From NCBI GenBank assembly GCA_963784785.1, contig CAWASW010000005.1:9247-73246 (forward strand): 64,000 bases of DNA, written 5' to 3'. The notes under the pieces are model-generated. The model saw only the letters and a list, made by a program, of their open reading frames with translations, was not told the DNA's origin and did not search any database. Below, one piece after another: positions 1-8,344 of the stretch (position 1 is the first letter of the stretch; each line of letters opens with the position of its first letter). This DNA comes from Candidatus Woesebacteria bacterium (GTDB taxonomy: Bacteria; Patescibacteriota; Microgenomatia; UBA8517). The position numbers and the translations under genes are program-made.

Positions 1-11
1 GTTTAAAAAAT

Positions 12-629
12 ATGCTTCCAGAAAGTGTTAGACCATTAGCTCGAGATGAGGAAAAAAGAATTGAGACTGTTATCAAAAACTTGACCAACATATCTGCAAA
101 GGCTGGCTTAGAAGGTGAACATTTAAATACTTCGTATGGTTATATTGGAGCAGAGCAACATTTAAAAAGATACCCAGGAGATATTATTGAAAATCATGGC
201 CCATATTATAAGAAAGACATTGCGCCAGGATTAGGTGCCTGGGGATATTTTTCAAAATCAAAGATTGAACTAAATTCATCCTTAATTGAAACTGAAAAAT
301 GGTATGCTGTGGTACAAACTTTATACTTACCAGATTGGTCACAAAGACAGCCTTATCTTCGAAATTGGTATAAATATAGAAAAGTTATGATTTTAAATAC
401 AAAAAATGGCAATGCTGTAGTTGCCGCCATTGCTGACGCTGGACCTGCAGCTTTTACAGGTAAGCATTTTGGAGGAAGTCCAGAAGTCATGGAATATCTT
501 GGAGGGTCTCGTTATAAAAAGGGAGCTGTTCTACTCTTCTTTGTTGATGACCCAGAAAATAAAGTGCCACTTGGTCCTATACAATATAATAAAGTAAACT
601 TACCTGAAGGGAGTTTGATTAATATATGA
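12..629 (+). CDS. hypothetical protein; 5' end may lie upstream of the window
   Basis: 205-aa ORF beginning at nt 12 with no in-frame stop upstream; no confident family match by eye. Confidence 0.35.
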   Translation: MLPESVRPLARDEEKRIETVIKNLTNISAKAGLEGEHLNTSYGYIGAEQHLKRYPGDIIENHGPYYKKDIAPGLGAWGYFSKSKIELNSSLIETEKWYAVVQTLYLPDWSQRQPYLRNWYKYRKVMILNTKNGNAVVAAIADAGPAAFTGKHFGGSPEVMEYLGGSRYKKGAVLLFFVDDPENKVPLGPIQYNKVNLPEGSLINI

Positions 630-940
630 GCACGTTATTTTTTGACCATTTAATTCTTGTGAATAATCTTGATAAAAAGATTAAAAAACATGCAGAGTCA
701 AATGATGAGATGCAAGAGCTATGGTCCTATGTCGAAGAAATAATCCATACGAGAGTATTAGAATGCTGTTTGGGAAATTTACCAGAAGAACATCATGAAG
801 AATTTTTGGACAAATTTCATAAAGCTCCACACGATAGGGGGCTCATTGATTATTTAAATCTAAAAATTGGAAAAGATGTCGAAAAGTTAATAAAAGTTGA
901 AATTAAAAAACTTTCCAAAGAATTACAATTATTAAAATAA
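626..940 (+). CDS. hypothetical small protein, possible partner of the downstream DUF4258-like gene
   Basis: 104-aa ORF with start/stop overlap coupling to flanking genes. Confidence 0.3.
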   Translation: MSTLFFDHLILVNNLDKKIKKHAESNDEMQELWSYVEEIIHTRVLECCLGNLPEEHHEEFLDKFHKAPHDRGLIDYLNLKIGKDVEKLIKVEIKKLSKELQLLK

Positions 941-1258
941 ATGGATCGTAATTACGGTGGAATAATATGGACCAATCATGCTTTGGCTAGGCTAACTGAA
1001 CGTGGAATTAAACAGGGTGATGCTTGGGCCGTGTGGAATAGACCAGATCAAAGTAGATATTCAAATGATAAGAACGCGTGGATTTACTATAGAACTTGGC
1101 ATGATACTAAAATTGAAGTCGTGGCAAAACAGAATGAAAAGAAAGAATGGATAATCTTATCTGTTTGGAGCAAAAAGGTTCAGATTTCAGATCACACCTC
1201 GTTATTGACAAGATTTATTAATTTGTTTAAAGTTAAATATGGCAGTAAAAAAAGTTAG
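941..1258 (+). CDS. DUF4258-like small protein (toxin-like fold)
   Basis: Motif WTNHALARLTERGI matches the H-A-x-x-R-x-x-E-R-G-I signature of DUF4258; about 100 aa. Confidence 0.5.
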   Translation: MDRNYGGIIWTNHALARLTERGIKQGDAWAVWNRPDQSRYSNDKNAWIYYRTWHDTKIEVVAKQNEKKEWIILSVWSKKVQISDHTSLLTRFINLFKVKYGSKKS

Positions 1259-1868
1259 TAAAAATCTTCTTCCTCTTCTTGCCATTACAGCATTATTTTT
1301 AAGCGTTAGCTTAGTTAACTACACACTAATCTCAGATTCGAAAGTTAAAAATACACAGAGTGTTTTGAGTGAATCTATCGAAAAAGAAGATAATATTGAA
1401 ACTAAAGATACAAAAAATGATGTTGCAAAACAAGAGGAACCTGAGAGAATTGAAGAACCAAAAAAAGTGGAGTCAAGCTCGGGCGAAATTGAAATTGAGA
1501 ATGAATCCGAAACAGCCTCAGCAGATGGAAAAATTAATAAATTCAAGTTAAAGATTAAATCAAAGACTGTAAATGGAAAAACTATTGTCGAGACCGCCTC
1601 GGGGGAGATGGAAATTGGAAATAAACCTGAAGACGCCGTAAATAATTTGGTCGACGACAACATTTTGGATACTCCAACTTCATTTGAAGCAAAGACAAGT
1701 GATAAAAATAAAGTGAAATATGAAATTCAGGGAATTGAAGTGAAAAAATTATTAGGTTTGTTTGAAATTAATTTGCCTAAGATAGTTACTGTCGATGCTG
1801 ATACGGGAGATGTCGTAAATTCTAGCCAAAGTATCTGGACAAAATTCTTAAGTCTCCTGTCAATTTAA
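1239..1868 (+). CDS. membrane-anchored acidic repeat protein, hypothetical
   Basis: N-terminal hydrophobic anchor followed by a Glu/Lys-rich low-complexity region. Confidence 0.35.
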   Translation: MAVKKVSKNLLPLLAITALFLSVSLVNYTLISDSKVKNTQSVLSESIEKEDNIETKDTKNDVAKQEEPERIEEPKKVESSSGEIEIENESETASADGKINKFKLKIKSKTVNGKTIVETASGEMEIGNKPEDAVNNLVDDNILDTPTSFEAKTSDKNKVKYEIQGIEVKKLLGLFEINLPKIVTVDADTGDVVNSSQSIWTKFLSLLSI

Positions 1869-2762
1869 ATGATTAATAATTTTTTGAGATGGTTACTGTC
1901 ATTGTTTGTCGCGACGTCTGTTGCAACTCCGTTACCAATTAATTATTTAAATTCTTTGCCATCAATGACCCCTGTAGCCACGTCAAGTCCAACAAATAGT
2001 CCTACTTCAAAACCAATTGCAACAATCAAACCTACCAGTAAACCGACTATTGTTCCTATTGTAAACAATGCTCCACCAAGTTCTGGTTATTCAAGACAAA
2101 GTGTAAAAACAGATGCTGGAATATTCATTGTAAATTTGGTTGCAGCCGATATAGGATCAACTAAAGTTATAGTCGATACTGTTTCCTCAGCAGACTGTTT
2201 TAATAATTGTCCTGCCTTGTCTCTTGGCGAGTACGTGACAAGAAATGGCGGTTGGGCGGGGGTAAATGGATCTTATTTTTGTCCGAAAGATTATCCAAGT
2301 TGTGTAGGAAAAGAAAACACATTTGATTTGCTTGTTATGAACAAGGACAAATATTATTTCAATTCTGCAAATAACATTTATAGTAATAACCCTGTAGTTG
2401 GTTTTAGAAGTGGATCAGTAAATTTTGTAACTGCTGGTAGTCAGTGGGGAAGAGATACTTCTCTAGATGGAGTACTAATGAATTATCCACTTTTGGTTTT
2501 TAATAATAATGTTGTTTTTGGTGGAGATGGCGATCCTAAAAAAGGAAGCCGTGGATCAAGAAGCTTTGTAGCCAATAAAGATAATAAGGTTTATATAGGC
2601 GTCACTCAAAATGTGACTGTTGCTGAAAATGCATTAGTAATGAAAGCTTTAGGTATGAATAACGCACTGAATCTTGATAGCGGAGATTCAACTGCATTAT
2701 GGCATGGAGGTTACAAAGTAGGTCCAGGACGAGGAATTCCTAACGCAATTATTTTTAAATGA
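1869..2762 (+). CDS. phosphodiester glycosidase (DUF2233)-like secreted protein
   Basis: Signal peptide, PT-rich linker, motifs GVNGSYF and LNLDSGDST resembling DUF2233 NGGFF / NLDGGGS. Confidence 0.5.
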   Translation: MINNFLRWLLSLFVATSVATPLPINYLNSLPSMTPVATSSPTNSPTSKPIATIKPTSKPTIVPIVNNAPPSSGYSRQSVKTDAGIFIVNLVAADIGSTKVIVDTVSSADCFNNCPALSLGEYVTRNGGWAGVNGSYFCPKDYPSCVGKENTFDLLVMNKDKYYFNSANNIYSNNPVVGFRSGSVNFVTAGSQWGRDTSLDGVLMNYPLLVFNNNVVFGGDGDPKKGSRGSRSFVANKDNKVYIGVTQNVTVAENALVMKALGMNNALNLDSGDSTALWHGGYKVGPGRGIPNAIIFK

Positions 2763-3969
2763 AGGTGATCGCTGTACCTTTTTTGTCTGCTCTTCCAGTT
2801 CTTCCAATTCTATGGACATAGGTTTCGTAATTTTCTGGTGCTTCATAATTAATGACATGGCTAACGTTTGGAATATCAAGTCCACGTGAGGCAACATCAG
2901 TTGCAATCAAGATATTAATATGACTTGATTTAAATTTATCTAGAGTTCTTAGCCTTTGGCTTTGCCTTTTGTTTCCATGAATTGCGTCTGCTTTGAATCC
3001 TCTTGCAATAAGCTCATCAGCAAGATGTTGAACACCATGTTTAGTTCTTGCAAAGATCAATACTTTATCAAACTCCTGTTGCTTCAATAAATCGTGTAAT
3101 TGTTCAATCTTTTTGTGTGGACTATCAACCTTGATAACTTCTTGCTTGACGTTTGCAGCTGTCTCTCTTGTTTTAACAGAAATTGTGACAGGATTATTAA
3201 CAAAGGCATTTAAAACAGATCTTACTTTTCCATCAATAGTGGCTGAGAAAAATAGAGATTGTCTTTTTTGTGGTAATAACGAAATCATGTATTGGATATC
3301 CTTTAAAAATCCAATATCAACCATATGGTCAGCTTCATCTAAGACGACTGAAGCACAATCATCAAGTCTTAAGGTTCTTGAATCTACGTGGTCCAAAAGT
3401 CTTCCTGGTGTACCAATTATAAAATTTGGATTTCTACGAAGTTCCTGTTTTTGTCTATTTATGTTTTCACCGCCAATACATAAAGCAGAATATATATTTA
3501 ATCCTTTTGAAAACAAATAAAATTCATCCCTAATTTGACTTGCAAGTTCTCTAGTGGGTGCAACTATAAGTACTTTTTCTGTTCTATTTTTTAACACTTT
3601 GTCTAGAAGTGGGATCAAGAACGCCGCTGTTTTACCTGTACCTGTATTTGCAATACCAATTAAATCTCTACCTTTTAAAATTTCTGGAATTGATTGATCT
3701 TGAATAGGGCTTGGGGATCCATAATGTCGATCCAATACATTGATCTGTAATTTTGCATCAATTTTAAAATCAGAAAAAGTGTGAGTTGGGATGTATGTTT
3801 CTGGAGCAATTGCTACATCTTCATTTTTTTGTGCATTAATTACACCAGTAGGGTCAAATGACTTAGCAATTCTGCCCCTTCCACCGGCACCAAAACGTCT
3901 ACCTATTGCACCATAATTGGTACGAGGTTTAAAACCGCCACGAGATCCTCCACTAAAATTTTTATACAT
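2755..3969 (-). CDS. DEAD-box ATP-dependent RNA helicase with RGG-rich tail
   Basis: Motifs GTGKTAAF, PTRELA, DEAD, SAT, HRIGRTGR; C-terminal RGG repeats. Confidence 0.9.
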   Translation of the reverse strand: MYKNFSGGSRGGFKPRTNYGAIGRRFGAGGRGRIAKSFDPTGVINAQKNEDVAIAPETYIPTHTFSDFKIDAKLQINVLDRHYGSPSPIQDQSIPEILKGRDLIGIANTGTGKTAAFLIPLLDKVLKNRTEKVLIVAPTRELASQIRDEFYLFSKGLNIYSALCIGGENINRQKQELRRNPNFIIGTPGRLLDHVDSRTLRLDDCASVVLDEADHMVDIGFLKDIQYMISLLPQKRQSLFFSATIDGKVRSVLNAFVNNPVTISVKTRETAANVKQEVIKVDSPHKKIEQLHDLLKQQEFDKVLIFARTKHGVQHLADELIARGFKADAIHGNKRQSQRLRTLDKFKSSHINILIATDVASRGLDIPNVSHVINYEAPENYETYVHRIGRTGRADKKGTAITFI

Positions 3970-4100
3970 AATTTTTTAAACTATAATAACTTGGGGAAAA
4001 ACCGAAGAAGTAATTTGTTTAGAACAGTTACAATCAGTCTTTCTTTAAATCAATATACGAATAATATCATCAATATTCTGAAATGTCAATCCCATAGTAC

Positions 4101-4358
4101 TTATTTGGTCTTTTTAACCTTCTTTGGAGCTTCTTTTTGATCCTGATTAAATAGGATATAAATAAGAGGTAAAATTCCCATAGAATTTACCAATAATAAA
4201 GCTACAAACCAGATAGATTGACCTTTCCTTGCAGATTTCCATAGAGCAAAACCTTTAAGTATTAAATTAAGAATGACTAATGGTAATAAAAATCTAAGCC
4301 ATCCACTCATCATTTGGGAGTTTCCGTAATAATTATTAAATCCACCTAAGTTCATCAT
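4101..4358 (-). CDS. small membrane protein, hypothetical
   Basis: 85 aa with two hydrophobic helices. Confidence 0.3.
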   Translation of the reverse strand: MMNLGGFNNYYGNSQMMSGWLRFLLPLVILNLILKGFALWKSARKGQSIWFVALLLVNSMGILPLIYILFNQDQKEAPKKVKKTK

Positions 4359-4363
4359 AAAAG

Positions 4364-4609
4364 TTATGTATTAATTAAACTCTCTTTGTTTTTTCTTGTC
4401 AATGACTTAATTTCTATCTCTCTTTTTAATGCTAGACTTTTGGTGTCGAAACTTTCGGTGTGAACTAATTCAAAGCTATCAAAAGATCTCATATATTTAG
4501 CAGACCTTTTGGTTTTTATCCTATGTTCATTTAGTCTTTTTTCTAAATTATTGGAAATTCCAGTATAAAGAGTGTTTCTCGATGTTCTTAAAATGTAAAC
4601 TGTATACAT
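4364..4609 (-). CDS. GIY-YIG nuclease family protein
   Basis: N-terminal VYILRT...LYTGIS...R...EH pattern typical of GIY-YIG. Confidence 0.65.
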   Translation of the reverse strand: MYTVYILRTSRNTLYTGISNNLEKRLNEHRIKTKRSAKYMRSFDSFELVHTESFDTKSLALKREIEIKSLTRKNKESLINT

Positions 4610-5535
4610 TATTTAAGTATTTGTAGAGCTTCCTTTATTGATTTTGTTTGCATAAGTGCTGCACGTAACTTGCTTGCTCCCTCAAAGTTATTGACATACA
4701 TTTTATAGAATTTTTTGATCTCGTCAGAATATTCGTTGTTACAAAGCTTTAAGTGCTTAATCAAAACTTTTTTTGATTCTTCAAATGTATGTATTTTGGC
4801 TTCTTTTTCAAAGACCCAAGGATTTAAAAAAATACCTCGCCCAATCATTACTCCGTCAACCTTGTACTGCTCATGTTTTTCTAATACCTCTTGGTAACTT
4901 TTGACATTGCCATTACCAATAATGATTGTACTGGGTGAAATTTTATTTTTTATTTCTACTGCTTTTGCAATTTCGTCCCAATGGACTTCACTTAATGATA
5001 ATTCCTTGGCAGTTCTTCCGTGAATAGATATTGCGCTAATATTTTGTTCGAGTAGAAAAGTGACCCAATCATCAGTAATTATTTTGTTTCTGCCTAATCT
5101 AGTCTTCACACTAATGGGTAACTTATTTGCTCCTTTTTTAGTTGATTTTATAATTTCTGAGACTAATAAACGATTGTCTATAAGTGCCGACCCCGCACCA
5201 ATTTTAATAACTGCCCGATCTGGACATCCTATGTTAATATCAATTCCGTCAAAACCTAAATCAGAGGCAATTTTTGCTGATTTCATAAAGTTTTCTGGAT
5301 TAGTACCCCAAATCTGTGCGACTATTGGTCTTTGCGATTTACTAAATTTAAACCTTGGAATGGTTTTTTCAAAACCACTTGAGTTTAGGGCATCTACATT
5401 TGTAAATTCAGTAAATAAGACATCGGGTTTTGGCAAATAATTTGCGACAACTTCACGAAATGCAAAATCAGTTACTCCCTCCATTGGAGCAAGGACTGTA
5501 AACGGTTTGGGTAACTTCTGCCAAAAATTACTCAT
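4609..5535 (-). CDS. dus: tRNA-dihydrouridine synthase
   Basis: LAPMEGVTDFAFR, IWG, DINIGCP motifs of the Dus TIM-barrel family. Confidence 0.85.
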   Translation of the reverse strand: MSNFWQKLPKPFTVLAPMEGVTDFAFREVVANYLPKPDVLFTEFTNVDALNSSGFEKTIPRFKFSKSQRPIVAQIWGTNPENFMKSAKIASDLGFDGIDINIGCPDRAVIKIGAGSALIDNRLLVSEIIKSTKKGANKLPISVKTRLGRNKIITDDWVTFLLEQNISAISIHGRTAKELSLSEVHWDEIAKAVEIKNKISPSTIIIGNGNVKSYQEVLEKHEQYKVDGVMIGRGIFLNPWVFEKEAKIHTFEESKKVLIKHLKLCNNEYSDEIKKFYKMYVNNFEGASKLRAALMQTKSIKEALQILK

Positions 5536-5813
5536 ATTCTGAAATGGTCATCAGTAGAAAAAAATACAAGACCTGTGACTTTCTCGTTTTCTTTGACTGA
5601 AAAAATTGTTGTAGATACAGTGATCCTTTCGGTACTTTCTTGTGGAGGTAGATGAGATTTTATAACAACACGGCTTCTATCTGAAAAAATAGGTGGGTCG
5701 GCAGGATAGGCATCGTTATAGAATTTTGACCCCTCGTCAGATAACAACACATTTTTTTTTCCTGATATGTAACTTCCAATAGTTCTAAATCCAAGTTGCT
5801 CAAGTGTTGCCAT
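5532..5813 (-). CDS. hypothetical protein
   Basis: 93-aa ORF with a stop/start overlap coupling it to dus. Confidence 0.3.
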   Translation of the reverse strand: MATLEQLGFRTIGSYISGKKNVLLSDEGSKFYNDAYPADPPIFSDRSRVVIKSHLPPQESTERITVSTTIFSVKENEKVTGLVFFSTDDHFRI

Positions 5814-5836
5814 GCCTAGATTATATAATTAATTAT

Positions 5837-6826
5837 CTAATTTAGATACTTTGTGATATTTGTCTTGTGCTCGGCATATGTTTTTGCACAATGAATTTGA
5901 CGGTTTGAGTCATGAAGATAAAAAATACAATCTGTTTCTTCAGGGTTTAATGCCGCTTCAATGAAATCAATATTTGGACTACAAATTGGAGTAGGTGGTA
6001 AATCTTCATTCTTATAACTGTTGTACGGTGAATCGCTTTGTTTTTGTTCTAAGCTTATATTTCCCCACCAACTACCATTCTCGTTTTTTCCAAGGGTGTA
6101 CTGCATTGTCGCGTCGATTTGAAGTCTCATGTCTTGATTTAACCTGTTCCAAATAATTCCTGATATTAATTTTGCATCTTCTCTTCCTGCGGCTTCTCTA
6201 GCAATTAATGATGCAATTTTTAAGCCTGTAGCCCACTTAATGTTTTTTGCTACATAGTCGCTTGCATAGGGTTCAAATTTCTCATTGAATCTATTTACAA
6301 ACCTTTGTGCAACAAATTCCACTGATTCATCAACTGGAATTAAATACGTGTCAGGATAAAACACTCCTTCATAATATTCTGTATCTTTAAACAAATTGTT
6401 CCATTTATCCAATTTGCTTTGATTCCAACCTAGTGTCGTAGCCAATTTTTCTCCAACCTGTTCTTTTCTTGGGCAATAATATATATTTACCCACTTTAAA
6501 TCTTCTTTACCTGTAATTTTTTGAATAATTTGCCAAGCATTCAGAGAAGATCTTAATTTGTACCCACCTGATTTTATCTCTTTGCCTTTAGAAAAATTAT
6601 TATATAAAAATTCGAATCCCTTTTTGTTTTTAATTATATTTTGTTGAAAAAGTGCATCCGAAAGTTTAAATGAATCTTTATCCTGAGGAATTATAAAAGT
6701 AATTATCTCTGAGGATTTATTAACTGGGCCTAAATAAGCCCAGGCAATACTCGCAGCAAAAAATAATATAGCAACAAATAAAATTAAAAATTTAACAAGT
6801 GTCTTCATTGAAGCCATATTATACAT
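5837..6826 (-). CDS. mltG: endolytic murein transglycosylase MltG (YceG-like)
   Basis: N-terminal TM anchor; conserved YceG-like C-terminal region (QIDATMQY, SPYNSY, LPPTPICSP). Confidence 0.8.
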   Translation of the reverse strand: MYNMASMKTLVKFLILFVAILFFAASIAWAYLGPVNKSSEIITFIIPQDKDSFKLSDALFQQNIIKNKKGFEFLYNNFSKGKEIKSGGYKLRSSLNAWQIIQKITGKEDLKWVNIYYCPRKEQVGEKLATTLGWNQSKLDKWNNLFKDTEYYEGVFYPDTYLIPVDESVEFVAQRFVNRFNEKFEPYASDYVAKNIKWATGLKIASLIAREAAGREDAKLISGIIWNRLNQDMRLQIDATMQYTLGKNENGSWWGNISLEQKQSDSPYNSYKNEDLPPTPICSPNIDFIEAALNPEETDCIFYLHDSNRQIHCAKTYAEHKTNITKYLN

Positions 6827-6828
6827 TG

Positions 6829-6958
6829 TCTCCGTATATATCTGCTTAAAATAAGTATTGTCCTAGAAGTGAAGATACAATTATAAATAAATTAAATTTG
6901 AGGTATCTATATCTTAAAAAACTTTGGTCTTAAAAATGTAAGCAGATGTATCCGGAGA
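6829..6958. repeat. about 130-bp unit bounded by about 20-bp inverted repeats upstream of mltG
   Basis: tctccgtatatatctgcttaaaat at 6829-6852 versus taagcagatgtatccggaga at 6938-6958 (about 18/20 complementary). Confidence 0.4.
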
Positions 6959-7142
6959 TAACTTGCGATATAAAGTATTATAACAGACAATCTTTGTTTG
7001 TCAAGACTATAGGAATTTTTTCGCTAATATCCGGCGCTCAAGAGTAAAATATAGACGTGTTAAATAACATTGCAATAAAATAATTGTAAAATAATCTTGA
7101 TGTTGGGGTTTCTAAAACTTGTACTGTAGATTTATTTAACAG

Positions 7143-7394
7143 TTATTTTCTGATTTTTATTAAAATATTTATGTAATCAATTACAAATATTACAGATATG
7201 TATACAACCGAATTTAACATCGCCACATAGATATAGTTAGGAAAAGTCATTACATATCCTATTCGTAGATGTATAGGAAACCCCATGTAGATTTGACCGC
7301 CCATAAATCCTATCGAGGTCATAGATCTTGAAAAGAGTGTAGTTATAAGTGCAATAAAAATTCCAATAATTATTTTTTTCGTGTTTTTATCCAT
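7143..7394 (-). CDS. small membrane protein, hypothetical
   Basis: 83 aa, hydrophobic. Confidence 0.3.
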   Translation of the reverse strand: MDKNTKKIIIGIFIALITTLFSRSMTSIGFMGGQIYMGFPIHLRIGYVMTFPNYIYVAMLNSVVYISVIFVIDYINILIKIRK

Positions 7395-7439
7395 ATTATT
7401 GACACCTTTGTTTAGTTGTTTTTTAGCTCGTATCTACGA

Positions 7440-8040
7440 TTTAGCTCGGACTTATTTTACAACAAATTTTTGATGTTTAGCGGAGCAACAAGGGAGGGGT
7501 TAAAGGGGAAGGAATTGTTGCGGAGCTCGGGTTCCCGCTCAGCTCCGCTACGCGGAGCCTCGCGAACACTGTATGGTCGGACTTCTCGCTCACCCCACTC
7601 CGTGGGGTTCGCTAACCCAATTGTCTAAGGAAAAGGGGGTTTGTAGTCAGTCGCTTGCGAGCGCCTGACGGAGTCCTTGCGGTATACCGCAGGGTACTCA
7701 GTGAATACCGCAAACTAGCCCTATTATAGGGCTTTTGTCCGCATTGCGGTCATGCGGTTGCGGGTGCGGTCACCGCAACGACCTAGAACTCCAAACTTGG
7801 ACATCAAACCTGTACATTTCAGTCGCAATTTGCCCTGTCGGGCAACTACCCAAGTGCTGAAAACAGAACAGGTGCTTTCGCACAGCACTTGGTTAGGAAG
7901 CTGCAGGCATAACAGAACAATTGCTCCTGAAATATCCCTTAACAGGGATCCTGCCCAACACAAAACACCCCAAAGCTACAGGGGTGTGGCTAACGCCATG
8001 TGCGTAGGCAGGAAAACAACACAAAAAAGTCATACCCTAT
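7440..8040 (+). ncRNA. candidate large structured ncRNA, class and strand unresolved
   Basis: About 600 nt with clearly higher GC than flanking DNA and no credible ORF. It holds many perfect short hairpins: GCGGAGCT..AGCTCCGC, CCCCAC-TCC-GTGGGG, AGCCCTA-TTA-TAGGGCT, GCGGTATACCGC, CCAAGTGCTG...CAGCACTTGG enclosing a UUCG-type loop, and ATCCCT-TAAC-AGGGAT. Confidence 0.3.
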
Positions 8041-8189
8041 AACCTTGACTAACTGATGAAATGATGCTAGTATTACGATACAAATTTTGAGAAATTAGAG
8101 TTCAATTTGCTACTTATAGTTTCTCAATGCTTGTTTTTTTAAGTTAGGTTTCTTGCACTTTAAAATTGCGGAATTGTTATATCCTTTTT

Positions 8190-8243
8190 AGGTGACTAAC
8201 ACTTTGGTTATTAAGACGACCTTAGTGTCCAAAGTGTTAGTCA
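8190..8243. promoter_or_regulatory. perfect 15-bp-stem hairpin (terminator/operator-like) upstream of the small membrane gene
   Basis: GTGACTAACACTTTGG ... CCAAAGTGTTAGTCAT. Confidence 0.35.
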
Positions 8244-8279
8244 TATTCAAATCATATTCAGGTTTAAAAAAGGAGAAAC

Positions 8280-8344
8280 AAAATGGTCAAGCAAAGCAAG
8301 GCATTACAAATGCATCATGATTACTACGTTCGTTTGTACAATCT
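8280..8344. repeat. 65-bp direct target duplication, left copy (IS1634-like copy 1)
   Basis: Identical to 9991..10055; contains the start codon and first 21 codons of the 108-aa gene. Confidence 0.85.

Noticed and set aside
3113-3520. 135-aa ORF on the + strand inside the DEAD-box helicase gene
   Set aside because: It is antisense to a high-confidence helicase ORF with all conserved motifs, so it is very likely non-coding.
7440-8040. tmRNA (ssrA) or 6S RNA identity for the GC-rich block
   Set aside because: No tRNA-like acceptor/T-arm pair (GGGG...UUCGAC ... GGUUCAAAUCC...CCA) and no tag-peptide reading frame ending in a stop could be found on either strand. The length is also too large for 6S.
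7416-8042. ORFs 7416-7628 (+), 7724-7963 (-) and 7752-8042 (+) as protein-coding genes
   Set aside because: They lie in the GC-rich hairpin-dense block and translate to low-complexity Arg/Ser/Gly/Pro-rich peptides without start context. They are typical spurious ORFs over a structured RNA or GC-rich DNA.
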